Shown: in pieces, positions 13,137 to 26,560 of the stretch
Position numbering within the stretch: position 1 is the stretch's first letter
How the letters are laid out: each line of letters opens with the position of its first letter
From: Perna viridis
Lineage: Eukaryota
DNA: 64,000 bases
Assembly: GCA_037379345.1 (NCBI GenBank)
Contig: CM074525.1
Span: forward strand, 3,729,170-3,793,169
Reading direction: 5' to 3'
Program-made: the position numbers and the translations under genes
Notes under the pieces: model-generated
Told to the model about the DNA's origin: nothing
What the model saw: the letters and a program-made list of their open reading frames with translations, nothing else
Databases searched by the model: none

Positions 13137-14168
13137 TTTGGATCTATTTTATTTCAAATGAATACATCAGTCGTAATTAATACAACAGTAATACATCGTA
13201 AAGATTCGGAAACCAGCCCAAGCTTGGGCTAATCCGTCTCCTACCATATAAAGCACATTGAGTCACCATGTTCTGTTCGTTTTACATATATTTATGCAAT
13301 AGTGAAAAGGAAGATATAAATATAGGTAAAAGAAGAAGGAATATGATGAAATGCATTAGAAAAAAAAACATACATAACTTGTGTTAATCTAAAATCGTTT
13401 AATTTTTAAAATTTAAGAATAATTCAGTATTTTGTTCTGATGTAAGATGCTTAAAGAACATTAATACTAGTATCAATCTGAAAAATGAAAGTTTGTATAG
13501 TGTTAAGCAGGATTTCTGAGTACTTGTTGCATTAAAGTAAGAAATGGTTCTTTGTCTCTAGTTGGCCACAGTAACAGTTCGGACTGGCTACCAGGTTACA
13601 CCTGAACAGACGCTTGTTGAGAGAGCTGTTGTTCATGCGCGACCTGGCATGCAAGATCTGACCAAGTAATAGTACGATGGTCGTATGATATTATTAGATA
13701 CATTAATACACGATTTAAATATGCTCAGTGATCTCGAATTACGAGTGGCTACGGGGAGTTCACTCCACAATCTTCATAGTAGACGATAGGAAATGGTTCG
13801 AATATAAGACGTCCTTGTACGTATCTCGGATACCTTATTTGACTGACGCGTGAAATGGTTGTGGAAGTCTGACCGCGCATACATTTGGTAATAGGGTCCT
13901 TAAATATTCGGTAGTATTACCTTTGATCATCTTGTACATCTTCACGAGATAATGTTTTCCCTTCCATCAACGAGTTTTTCCCATCCGGTTTCACGATATA
14001 AAGTTTCTCGTGATGTTAAATTCGTGCCACTAGTCACGAAATGCACAACTTCTATCTGAATTCCCTCGATCTTGTTAAATAAAATTCAAATACGTCCCCG
14101 TATTCCGTAATCTCTCTAATATACGAAATATACATTTTTCTCGAGTGTAAACCGATCAATCGTACACG

Positions 14169-14672
14169 ACGATTGATTGATTGATTGATTGTTGGGGTTT
14201 AACGGCCGAGCAGCAAATTTCACCTATATTCAGGCGATGAACATGAAGTGGATGATAAAATGAACATGAAATGATGATGAAATGAAAAATGGGATGGGAC
14301 ACAAGGATAATGGGGTCGACGAATTTTTATTGCCACCGGAAATAGGTAGAGGTGGGTAGGGTCGGGCAATTTAGCCTCCTGTGACGGAGCCCTATGGTTC
14401 CTACTCCTGGGGAATACCACAGTAGGGTTTTTTAACGTGCGAGGAACTTGGCATCTTTTCCAACACGACCCACCACCATTATAGCCTGACAACCCCAGCA
14501 TGTAACACACCAGGGGTACCCCATTCCACCACCTGGGGCACACATCCCAGTTGCTCTGTGGGAAGAGCGCCCTAGCCCCCGGCTAAGGTTCTGAGCACTA
14601 CTTAGTCGCCTTTTACGACAAGCTTAGCGCGGCTGCAGGCCTGTTCTTTTGACACCCGGACCTGCACGGGTC
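14169..14672 (-). mobile_element. Nin/Deu-core SINE-like retroposon, copy 1 (nested in LINE)
   Basis: (AATC)n tail; 10-bp TSD ATCGTACACG 14159-14168 / 14673-14682; family match. Confidence 0.92.
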
Positions 14673-15523
14673 ATCGTACACGGTGAAGAACACTGATCCT
14701 AATGTAAGCTTTTTTTTAACGATAAAGCTCAATATGGTCATGCTAAGAATCGTCACCCAGGTGTTTGTGACTAAACACTTCAAAATTGTTCATCTGTAGA
14801 GCGGGGTGAATGTGTCGGGTAGGTTTACGCTATATCAGCATTGCTTCTGTTGTTTTTTTAAGATTAAATCTAATATGCCACTCCGTAGCCCATTAGTGGA
14901 TTTTTTTTCAGATGTCTATATTCAATGCAAGTGCTGTAATGTATGGATTCTTATTATAACATATAGACTAGTGTCATCGGCAAATAGATACATGCATTGG
15001 AATCTTTCACTTAAATAGCTACATGTACTAAACCAGGGCTAAAGGCGCCCGGTTGTACCATACTGTTGTAACTTAAACAATTAACTGTTATGCCAGACAC
15101 GATAAAAGGCCTTGGAAATGTCACAAAAGATAACGCAAATTTCCTGACCATTGTCCAAAGCCTGGCCGAACGAATTTGGTATATCGGTCAATTGATACAT
15201 GTATATAGCCGAATCTCCGTGAGTGAACCCAAACTGGTGCTGAGTAATAATTCGATTGTCTCTCAAATAACAGTTAATGTGTATGTTAACACAACGTTCC
15301 ATACAATTTGAAATTATACTGACAAGTGAAATATGATGATATTTCTTGACTTTTCGCATAACTTAACAAACAGAACAGAAATTTTTTTATTTATAGTCAG
15401 ATGCACATTACAGAAAACATAAGCTCTGTAGAGCTTTTATAGCGACTCGCATAAACAAATCAACACATACAAGTACACAAAAGTCATGCAGACATACAGA
15501 TACATAATTAGACGCACGTAATA

Positions 15524-15873
15524 TACAACGTCTCAGAATGTGACGACTCTATTCGCTACACTGCTCCATCGGATCAAATTGATACAGGGAAGATAACGTA
15601 AACTTATAGAAGGGTCTGAAAAATTCCCAACGATGTTAGAACTGTCAAATTTGCGAAATTGGTCTTTCCCTCCCTTTGTTGCCATAGATGTCACAGCGGT
15701 ACGAGTTCGAGTCCCGCGGAGGGAACGACCAAAAATTTGCATCGCAAATTTGACAGTTCTAACGTCGTTGGGAATTTTTCAGACCTTTCTATACGTTTAT
15801 ATATCTTCCCTGTATCAATTTGATCCGATGGAGCAGTGTAGCGAATAGAGTCGTCACATTCTGAGACGTTGTA
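15524..15873. mobile_element. Head-to-head pair of 5'-truncated tRNA-derived SINE copies forming a ~350-bp palindrome
   Basis: 15524-15677 is the reverse complement of the SINE 3' half; 15678-15873 is a forward copy with B box; flanking TAATA direct repeat. Confidence 0.85.
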
Positions 15874-16038
15874 TAATATTGATTTGTTGTGACAAGCATC
15901 ATTAATTTGATCTTCTATCCTACATAATAACATCTAAATGAACTGTCCCGTACTTCCATACATCGTGTACTAAGTTACAGCCCTAGATCAATCCTACGAG
16001 GAGGAATAACCCGGCCAGCGAAAGCTATATTTTATATA

Positions 16039-16281
16039 GCCTAGCCGGCCGAGTGGTCTAGGGCGCTGAACTTTGTGCAGGCGGTGTTGCCATAGATGTC
16101 ACAGCGGTACGAGTTCGAGTCCCGCGGAGGGAACGACCAAAAATTTGCATCGCAAATTTGACAGTTCTAACATCGTTGGGAATTTTTCAGACCTTTCTAT
16201 ATGTTTACATTTCTTCCCTGTATCAATTTGATCCGATGGAGCAGTGTAGCGAATAGAGTCGTCACATTCTGAGACGTTGTA
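16039..16281 (+). mobile_element. tRNA-derived SINE, full-length copy
   Basis: A box cGGCCGAGTGG 16046-16056 and B box GTTCGAGTCC 16113-16122; body shared with 15524-15873 and 48395-48508; inserted in a TA-rich site. Confidence 0.85.
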
Positions 16282-16921
16282 TATATCATTTACATACAGA
16301 CAAATTTAAGCACATGCAATGTTAAAGCACTACATAAAAGCACATTGATAAACCGATCGAGCAAGCTAATAGCTTGCACAACGGACTTCTCGGTTCGGAA
16401 TATGCGGCTTCCAAATGTCGCGGGCTAATAAAGTCGAGACCGGATACCTTTCCAACGTTAAGATTCATGAGTACATTTTCTACTCCTAAAACAAAAGGCG
16501 TATGTACTCTAAAGTGTAACGGAGAAACCGCGATAGCCATTGGACGAAATTCAGGCCAAAACTTGGTAACTATACAATGATAACTACCAATCGACGAAAT
16601 CATTGGTGGCACATATACATGTACAATCAAGTATTACAAATGAAATAATGTCAATCAGGGATGCCATGGTAACCTTGTCACCGACGAAACAGTTAACGCA
16701 GACGAATTCAACGACTTCTTCGTTCTACAGACTGAATTAATTATTCTAATTCTCATGGAATCGATCAATTTGCAATTACAGAAGAGATACTTTCGCTTAA
16801 TAAAGCGACAGTTTTGCTGAATAACGCCAAAAATATTTTTTCAAAGCAGTGTGAATATACGCACTTTGGGAGAGACATTTCCGATTAAAAAAAAAACTAC
16901 TAGTGTACAAGTATACTTTTA

Positions 16922-17428
16922 CTGCGTATGGAGTGTTCATATCACAACTCATGTCTTATGCCAGAGCTTACTGAAACTACGCAGATTTTTTGTATCGCGC
17001 TAGAATTCTATCAAATAGGCTTCTGGAACAGGAGTTTATGTTGCTAAGATTGAAGTCATCACTACAAAAGTTTTATGGTCGTCATCATGAACTCATGGTT
17101 CGTTACGATGTATGGATCTGCGCTATGAAAATTGATTTGTTCATGGTTTTCCTTTCCTCTTTCGACTACACCCCCCAATTGACTTTTTATGAGCAACTCG
17201 GCGGGTGTTTCTAGAAAAGCAGAGGACGCTTACCCTACCGATGCACCTAGTCCATGTTCCCAGCTTTTAGTGGTGTTCGGGTTGCTCGTATGCTTTTGTT
17301 ACTTTGTATGTATGATTTTAGTTACTTTATGTTCTTTTTTGTGTATGTCTGTTTTCCATGTCTGATCTTTGTCCCTGGATTACATTCTTTTGATTACCAC
17401 TATAACCTTGGTTTCCTTGATTACTCTT
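16922..17428 (+). mobile_element. Penelope-like (Naiad-type) element 3' fragment: RT C-terminus plus 3' UTR
   Basis: AYGVFISQL...LLEQ...RLKSSLQKFYGRHHEL; near-identical to the 39750-40755 element. Confidence 0.88.
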
Positions 17429-18344
17429 ACTGCTTTATCCATTTAAAGTATATCAATGCTATTGTGCGCTTTATGCGAGATTCGTTTGAGAACAAAATTA
17501 TTATTAAAATTATCCAATGTTTAATCATCACCTCAACTGTAATCAATAATATGTAGTTACAAAATCGTATTAGTGTATTGCCTATGAGTAATTGGCAAAA
17601 TTATTGGCCCTTTGGCAAACAACAGATGACCATATTTATTGCCATTTGTCAGAAAAAAAATGGTTCGATTCGTTACTCTACGGATGTGATCGATATCTTT
17701 ATCAAGAATAAGGTCTACGCGTACGAAAACGAGCTCAACAGGCATTCGTACATCTCAGCACCATAATAGATATATTTCCAAGATAGATACTTAAGCTGGC
17801 ATGTTTATATTTAGTAAGGGATAGTTAAGAGTATTATAGTCTAGTTGAGAAAATACTACCGCCTATAAACCAGTCACAAATAATCTGTTCATGTGTAATA
17901 TTCCAGATGCATTCTGTGTTGTGGTTAGCATGATTCAAAGATGATGGTATCTTAGGTAATAAAACTATTTTCTTTTCGGTTACATTTATATAATCAAATA
18001 CGTTAAATGGTCATCGGGAAGTTATTGAATATTGATGTGATTTGAATCTCAAAGCATTAAACATTAACCGTTATAAGTCTATTGATGAACATTGAAGCGG
18101 ATATGACGGTACACTGGAAACTAAATTGGATTTGTTTCCGTCGAAAAACGTGACCGACGTTACTAAAATATAATATATGTTTCACACAGCAGTTTTTCCA
18201 TATATCTCCAAAACTGTTGTAGGTTAAGCCAAATTCTGATACAGAGAAATCTGTTGAGCCATGTTCATGTTGAAGTTAAATCCCTTTTTGGACGTATTTT
18301 TGCTATTTTCAATATTATTTATATCAAAATTCTTCTCAACTAAT

Positions 18345-20670
18345 GTACACCTCACATCAATGTGATCGGTTGTACATCCCACATCAATGTGACATGTTGT
18401 ACACCTCACAACAATGTGACATGTACATCTCACTGCAATGTAACATGTTGTACACTTCACAGAAATGTCAAATGTTGTAAATCCACAGCAATGGAACATG
18501 TTTTACATTTCACAGCAATGTAACATGTTGTACACCTCACAGCAATGTAACATGTTGTGCACCTCACAGCAATGCAACATGTTCTACACTTCACAGCAAT
18601 GTGACATGTTCTATACCTCACAGAAATGTCACATGTTGTAAATCCACAGCAATGTAATATGTTGTACACTTCACAGCAATGTAACATGTATACCTCACAG
18701 CAATGTCACATGTTGTACACCCTAAAACAATGTGACACGGTGTACACATCACAGAAATGTAACATGTTGTACACTTCACAGCAATTCAACATGTTGTACA
18801 CTTCACAGCAATGCAACATGTTGTACACTTCACAGCAATGTAACATGCTGTACACATCACAGCCATGTAACATGTTGTACACATCACAGCCATGTAAGAA
18901 ATTGTACACTTCACAGGAATGTAACATGTTGTACACCTCACAACAATGTGACATGTAGTACACTTCACAGCAATGTAACATAACATGGTGTACACTTTAC
19001 AGCAATGTGATATGTTGTACACCTCGCAGCAATGCAACATGTTGTACACTTCACAGCAATGTAACATGTTGTACACCTCACAGCAATGTAACATGTTGTG
19101 CACCTCACAGCAATGCAACATGTTCTACACTTCATAGCAATGTGACATGTTCTATACCTCACAGAAATGTCACATGTTGTAAATCCACAGCAATGTAATA
19201 TGTTGTACACTTCACAGCAATGTAACATGTATACCTCACAGCAATGTCACATGTTGTACACCCTAAAACAATGTGACACGGTGTACACATCACAGAAATG
19301 TAACATGTTGTACACTTCACAGCAATTCAACATGTTGTACACTTCACAGCAATGCAACATGTTGTACACTTCACAGCAATGTAACATGTTGTACACATCA
19401 CAGCCATGTAACATGTTGTACACATCACAGCCATGTAAGAAATTGTACACTTCACAGGAATGTAACATGTTGTACACCTCAAAACAATGTGACATGTAGT
19501 ACACTTCACAGCAATGTAACATAACATGGTGTACACTTTACAGCAATGTGATATGTTGTACACCTCGCAGCAATGCAACATGTTGTACACTTCACAGCAA
19601 TGTAACATGTTGTACACCTCACAGCAATGTAACATGTTGTGCACCTCACAGCAATGCAACATGTTCTACACTTCATAGCAATGTGACATGTTCTATACCT
19701 CACAGAAATGTCACATGTTGTAAATCCACAGCAATGTAATATGTTGTACACTTCACAGCAATGTAAAATGTATACCTCACAGCAATGTCACATGTTGTAC
19801 ACCCTAAAACAATGTGACACGGTGTACACATCACAGAAATGTAACATGTTGTACACTTCACAGCAATGCAACATGTTGTACACTTCACAGCAATGTAACA
19901 TGTTGTACACATCACAGCCATGTAACATGTTGTACACATCACAGCCATGTAAGAAATTGTACACTTCACAGGAATGTAACATGTTGTACACCTCACAACA
20001 ATGTGACATGTAGTACACTTCACAGCAATGTAACATAACATGGTGTACACTTTACAGCAATGTGATATGTTGTACACCTCACAGCAATGCAACATGTTGT
20101 ACACTTCACAGCAATGTAACATGTTGTACACCTCACAGCAATGCAACATATTGTACACTTCACAGCAATGTAACATGTTGTACACATCACAGCCATGTAA
20201 GAAATTGTACACTTCACAGCAATGTAACATGTTGTACACCTCACAACAATGTGACATGTAGGACACTTCACAGCAATATAACATAACATAGTGTACACTT
20301 TACAGCAATGTGATATGGTGTACACTTTACAGCAATGTGACATGTACACCTCACTGCATTATGATATGTTATACACCTCACAGAAATATCACTTCTTGTA
20401 AATCCATAGCAATGTAACATGTTGTACACTTCACAGCAATGTAACATGTTGTACCCCTCACTGCACTGCGACACGATGTAGACCTCACAACAATGTGGCA
20501 TATTGAAGACCTTACAGCAATGTAACATGTTGTACATCTCACAGCGATGCCACATGTTGTACACCTAACATCAATGTAACATATTGTACACTTCACAGCG
20601 ACGTGATATGTTGTACCCCTCACTTCAATGTGACAAAATCTATACTTCATCACAATGTGACAAGATGTAC
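18345..20670. repeat. Satellite, 27-bp monomer (acacttcacagcaatgtaacatgttgt) with 541-bp higher-order repeat
   Basis: Diagnostic variant monomers recur at 18720/19261/19802 (spacing 541). Confidence 0.97.
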
Positions 20671-20851
20671 ACGTAGATTTTGAGATTTTCATAATTATAA
20701 TTGATTACTTAACTAAGCATCTTATTACTGATTTCTCATTTTTCAAATATCTTTTATAATTATGAAAATCTCGAAGTCTACGTGTACATCTTGTCACATT
20801 GTGATGAAGTATAGATTTTGTCACATTGGTGTGAGGGGTACAACATATCAC
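20603..20851. repeat. Inverted duplication of the satellite end (98-bp arms, 53-bp spacer)
   Basis: 20603-20700 is the reverse complement of 20754-20851 with few mismatches. Confidence 0.9.
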
Positions 20852-21149
20852 AAGTGTCCTGGCGGCAATACTTTTTTTTTGTTTCTGTTTTGTCATTTGT
20901 AATGATACTGTAACGAAATTGGTATTTTTTCCTTTGACGTCATACAAATTTGTTTTGCTATTTCTAGAAAATTGTATATGACAGATTGGAATTAGTCATC
21001 AAATTCAGCACGAAATTGATTTACGTCAAGCCATTAAATGATTTGGAAATTATAAACAGATAACTCAGTCTTTTCCGCTTTTTTCTACCTACTTATTTGG
21101 AAGAGCAATTAAAGAAACCAAGACTCCAGCGAAAATCAAAAGAATGGCT

Positions 21150-21670
21150 GATTGATTGATTGTTGGATTTAAAGCCCGAGCAGCAATATTTCAGCTATAT
21201 TTAGGCGATGAACATGAAATTGGTGATAACATGAACATGAAATGATGATGATGAAATGGAAAGAGGGACGGGACACACGGGTGATAAGGTCGACAAATTT
21301 TGATTGCCACTAGAAAAAGGGAAGGATGGGTAAGGTCGGGCAATTTAGCCTCATGTGGCGGAGCGCAAAGGTTCCTTCTCCTATCGAATAACACAGCAGG
21401 GTTCTTTAACGTGCGAGGAACCTGGCATCATTCCCAACACGATGCTCCACTATGGTTTGCGGTCAGGTTTTCCGTATTGTAGCCAGACAACCCCAGCATG
21501 TATCACGCCAGGTGTACCCCATTCCACCACCTGGGGCACACATCCTAGTTGATCTGTGCACAGAGCGCCTAGCCCCCGGCTAGGTTTCTGAGCATTATTA
21601 AGTCGCCTTTTATGACAAGCTTAGCGCTGCTGCAGGCCTATTCTTTTGACACCCGGTCCTGTACGGGGCT
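21150..21670 (-). mobile_element. Nin/Deu-core SINE-like retroposon, copy 2
   Basis: (AATC)n tail, full body, head ...cccggtcctgtacggggc. Confidence 0.9.
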
Positions 21671-21890
21671 CTGGCATCCAGGAACAAAGACCAGACATGG
21701 AAACACAACAAAGAACATAACACTACCAAAAACAATATATGAAAAGTAACAAAAGCAAAAATAGGAGCATGAATCAGGTGTACCGGTAGGGTAAGCCTAT
21801 GCTGCTTTTTTTTAGAAATACCCGTCAAGTTGCTCATACATTTGTAAAAAGTCAAGTTCAGGGTAGACGAAAGAGGAAAGGTAATTACGT
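21671..21890 (-). mobile_element. Penelope-like 3' UTR fragment
   Basis: ggagcatg..caggtgtaccggtagggtaagc...cccgtcaagttgctcata matches the PLE 3' UTR. Confidence 0.75.
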
Positions 21891-22559
21891 GTTGGAAGAT
21901 CTTAACGCTTGATTTTTCAAGCCTATGGAAATTTCACAAAAAATCAGTCATGTAAAAGAAAAAAAAAACGAGAAAAACAAACAAACAATTAGATACTTTT
22001 TTGCTTCTTATTTTGCCAATGAGATAAATAAGTAAAATTATTGTACGGTTTGCTCAATTGCTACTAAACATAGAAATTTGTTTTTGTTTTGCTTTTTTTT
22101 TGTCTTTTTTGTTTGTTTTTTTTTATCGCCGTTGTTGTGTGAAGATTTACATATAGCATACCATACCTTAAATATCATACATGTATATAAGATTTGTATT
22201 TTTTGTAATATAAAATTTGTTTCGACTTTTGACCAATAATGTACACACTAATGTTTCATGACATCCATCAGTTAAAAAATAACATATAAAATATGATTTT
22301 TTAACAGACATCACTAATAATACTATACGTAAAAATAAAGGTAGGATAAGAACTCGTTTTCAGAAATCATCGGTGCGATCCTATCGAGCAAGACTACCAA
22401 ATGATATCGTCATAGGTTGTCATACGATTGTAAAATCTACAACGAGTGTTTATAATTCGTGTTATGACACAAAATGCAAATGGTCCACAGAAGCAGGCTT
22501 ACACTGGCTATCGAATGTTTATTTGACTGAGTATAAGGCTATTTTATGCCTAAGAACAC

Positions 22560-22723
22560 CAGGGGCGGATCAGGGAATTTAGGTTGGGAGGGGTGCGTAC
22601 ATAGAATTGTAAGATGAGAAAATCAAGATTAGAAAATTCGGGGGTAGATTTTGTAAGAAATCAAGATTTCATAAAAAAAATCCATTCTATATGGGGGTAC
22701 GATCGTCCTTGGATCCCCGGTTG
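22560..22723. mobile_element. Degenerate MITE with CAGGGGCGGATC...GGATCCCCGGTTG termini
   Basis: Imperfect terminal inverted repeats; similar termini at 23228-23343. Confidence 0.4.
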
Positions 22724-23659
22724 TTCATGTACAAGAATAAAAACGTAAATTGTAGTACTCAATCATTCTTTTCAGGCAAACTAAAATTAAAACAAACAAA
22801 TCGCATGTAATAATGAAAATATAAATATTTGAGAATGAAATTTTATCAATTTTGTATTTCTATAATACATATTGATAATAAACAGCAGCTATAACAATAT
22901 AACAAAAAATAACGTGATAAGACAAAGAAGACATGAAGCCAGTCTAACTTTTACTCTCGTACTACTACTATTTTTTCTTAGCTACTCTCTTCGCGCCAAA
23001 ATTCTTGAAGCGTTACTGTTCTTGATTTCTAGTGATATCTGACTAATTTATTGGGGCCAATTGGCGGATGAAACTACTTTGACCCGCGTATCACTAAAAT
23101 TCCGGCAAATACATGTAATTCAAGAAGAAATTATCCTGTCTGCAACCGAATTTTTTTATCAAGTGTAGCCGAAAAGGCCGATTAGTTACTTATGCACTGA
23201 AAGTTACATTAAATGCTTTACCGAATTCAGGAGCGGAGCCAGAGATGTAAGGGCGGTCCAGGTTAATTTTAGCTCATATTTGCAAATATTTTGTAAAAAA
23301 AATGTGGTCCAACCACTCTTAACCCTCTCTCTACATCCGCTACAACAATATAAAATATGATATAAATTGGAGGAAGCGACTCTTAACTATCCTTATACGT
23401 AAAAATAACAGAATATAACAAGATTTTGATACAGGAATATTATTCAAAACATGTTTCGGCAACTGATATGGTATAACCTTGTGAAAGGACCAAGTCATAA
23501 ATTTAAAAGGGCGTTATCATTCTATATCTAAGTAGACTTGGGTTAATTTGTTTTAGATCGAGTTGCCAAATATTTTTACACAATTTCGGATTTCCGTATT
23601 GGCATCAAAACCCCAACGACCTGATAATATAATTTCCCTTATTTACTCAATTATGATTT

Positions 23660-23885
23660 TGTATTTGAAAAGACCACTATCTGATCTCTGCATTACTGAG
23701 TTTGTTCAGAAATTTTTCAATAGGATGTTTGAAAAATGAGGTTTTTGAGAGAGTTGTTCGCCCTTTAAATGTTCATATTCAGTGCATCTCAATAAAATTA
23801 TAACTCAATTTACCAACATGATGCATGTATGAAAAATCTTGTCTATTTGTCATTGCTTCTGATGGTGCAAATAGTCAAAGTGGTG
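23660..23885 (+). repeat. Interspersed repeat, same family as 8065-8300
   Basis: Colinear similarity over >200 bp. Confidence 0.6.
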
Positions 23886-26149
23886 TTTTTTTTTACCAAT
23901 GTTTCATCCACTCCCTGATTCTGACAGATGATGACACCCAGCAACCACTTCCTGTCAGACTTCTAATAAATTCACGTTTTAAATTTAAAAAAGTTTTGGC
24001 ATCTTTAATTTCTGAATATAATAGTGTAGTTGCCTCAGAATCAGAAATAACAAGGAACAAGATATGCACAGATCACTACAAAAAGCTTTTGGGTCATTTA
24101 ACGCTTAGAAATGTTTTTCATTAAATGCCTTTGGTCTTTAATTTGGATCATACCTTATCCTTGGATCGTTTAAAACCATTGTAATTTGACTCAGAGTTTA
24201 TCGACTTTTCTGAAAAGTCATGACATTACGACTATAATCCCATGCTGGTCATTAAAATATTTAATAAAGACAAGACATTCCCTTAAAGACATAACCTTAA
24301 AGTAAATTAAACGAAATAAAAAGAGCTGGTTAAAGAAAATCAGACAGAAATTGCGTTGAAAAACAAAACAACAAACAAATGACCAAATTAAAATGAATCT
24401 CTAATGGAACCCAGTATGGAACAGAATCAATAGTAATCATTTGATTTAACATCAAAAGGCTAGTTATCTTCTATTGACATCTTGAATATATAAGTATAAC
24501 AATATTTCTCGTGTTCATAACTCTCGAATAGAATTTGTTATGGGTTCCGTGGTAATGTTGGCATACTGCGGTCGATTTAAAAAATAATCTTATGGAGGAG
24601 AACTACGAATAGAACCTACTTATTAAAACAAAACAGTCCATAAACGTATAGCGACGAAAGACATTTATAAAATGAGATTTTGTTGTTACAAAAAAAAAGA
24701 ACACGATACTTTAACTGATATATCAAAATTAATCCAATTTTGATTAAATATTGTAAAATTTGAAATGCCGTACAGGTGGTTCAATGAAGTAATCTCTCAT
24801 CAGTACACTTACTGAAATCCAACACTAAATAGTATTCAAGAATTACACAAAACTAAAAAGTATCTGATCAGGAAGCACCGACAAGTTCACCAAGAGAAAA
24901 ACCAGACACAAAGCTTCATGATCAGTGTTTTATGGGATATTTGAATTTTGTGATAAAACATTATTTTAAAATCTAGTTAAAAATAGAGATGGAAGGATTT
25001 CAGTTGTAACGTTATAGTTATGCCATGCTTCCCTTATCGCTACATTGAGAATTTGTCAATTGTGCAAATTAAGACTAAAGTTCTCCTTTCTTGTTAATAT
25101 TTTCTGTAGAAATTCTCCTTATATAATGAGAATATGTATGGTGTATATGTCAAAGCGATAACTCCACCAGGACGAAAATTTCAACCCAAGGCCACCCACT
25201 GGTTTTCAATAAACGACGAAGAAACCCTCATACCACAGGCTGCCATCACATAGCACAGACTGCCATCACATACCACAGGCTGTCAATGATAATTCTATGA
25301 ATTGTTGATTTCTGTTTTTATTTTAAATATTTTGTTGCCGAATCCACTCTTTTAATACTGTTGTTAAGTGTTTATTGTATACTGAAGTTTATTTTCTGTA
25401 GTAAATATCAATGAAACCTGTCTAAACTGAACCCTGAATAATAAAAAAAACTGTCTTAACCAGACACCATTTAAAACCCCTTTATATCACGTTAAATTTA
25501 TTTTGATAATCCGAAAGCCTATCTATAAATTGTTTAGCCCTGTTTATAACAGAGTAAATATATTTGAACCTTTGTAAATCGGACACCTGTCTTAACCGGA
25601 CACCTGTATTAACCGAACCAAGTCTACAGTATAAAATGACTTTGGTTTACTAGACAGGCTTGACAACATCCAGTTGACAGATAAACAACTTCAAAATTCT
25701 TGTACTGAACGTTTTTACACGATACACAAATATGAGGAAATCGCAAAAAATATGAACTCATGATCAGATCAGCATAAACTACAATTATTGAATTTTATCA
25801 ATGGCTAAATACAATACAAATAGAAAGAGATAACTTCCAGCAGGTTGAAGCATCTGGTCTTAACAGCTTGCCAATGTTTACTGAATCTAATTAAAATGTA
25901 TCGACATCGTAAGTGTTGAAATCTTTTAAAAGAAAAATAGATATTTATGTTAGTCAGACTGACAGAAAGCGGTCTGTACATTTCTATCATTATTTATAAT
26001 GAAGCATTAGGAAATGTATACTTCATCAATGGCATAAATATTCCAGTATCATTGTTAGGAGCAGGAGGCGTTGAGAAAAGTCAGGTATGTACCACTTTTT
26101 ATTATTATAAAATAATTCCATTGCTTTCTTTCCGATTCTTCTATAAATG

Positions 26150-26560
26150 CTTTGATTATTCTAGCGCAAGCGATTATCATTAAGTTTTTTTTTAGGTTTT
26201 TTTACGACTATAGTAGAATCACACTGTCAGTCCGTCCGTCAGTCCGAATTCTGTCGCAATTATCAAGACTTTCATTTGATGGATTAATTTCAAATTTGGT
26301 GTCTTGCTTTATACATATGGGGCATACGTTGTAAGCAATTTTGGGCGCTGTCCAATATTAACTTCCTGTTTCGTGGGGCTTGGCCATTTTCCCTATATGG
26401 AATGACAGGGATAATTATCGTCACAAAAGTCTTGGCTCTTACTGAACGGATCGATTTCAAAGTTGGTGTGTTGCTTTATGTAAATTGGGGAAATTTAGGT
26501 TACTGTCCAATATCGACTTCCTTTACGAGTGTTCGTATACCTAACACGATAACGCATGCG
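26150..26560 (+). mobile_element. Possible Helentron-associated (HINE/DINE-like) element remnant
   Basis: gtcagtccgtccgtcagtccg microsatellite followed by two internal direct repeats (tttcaaa(t/g)ttggtgt...tgtccaatat...acttcct). Confidence 0.4.

Larger units (their letters stand above)
13137..16783 (-). mobile_element. Decayed CR1-group (CR1/L2-like) LINE, 5'-truncated with 5' inversion, interrupted by nested SINEs
   Basis: Minus-strand RT remnants: LNVGKVSGLDFISPR (16350-16490), QHQFGF...FCDISKAFYRVWH (15081-15359), LFADDTSLY (~14960-14990), TLEKMY...LYRETGWE (13950-14155), C-terminal CYCGQLETKNHFLL*C finger (~13530-13575). 3' UTR stem-loop at 13216-13231. Imperfect TSD GAGATACATTAG 13125-13136 / GAGATACTTTCG 16784-16795. 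Confidence 0.85.

Noticed and set aside
16039-16130. Functional tRNA gene
   Set aside because: Has A/B boxes but no acceptor stem or proper anticodon arm, and continues into a repeated SINE body.
18224-20692. Many Cys/His-rich ORFs (metallothionein- or keratin-like) on both strands
   Set aside because: They are translations of a 27-bp satellite (multiple of 3), open in several frames on both strands, with no splice or codon evidence.
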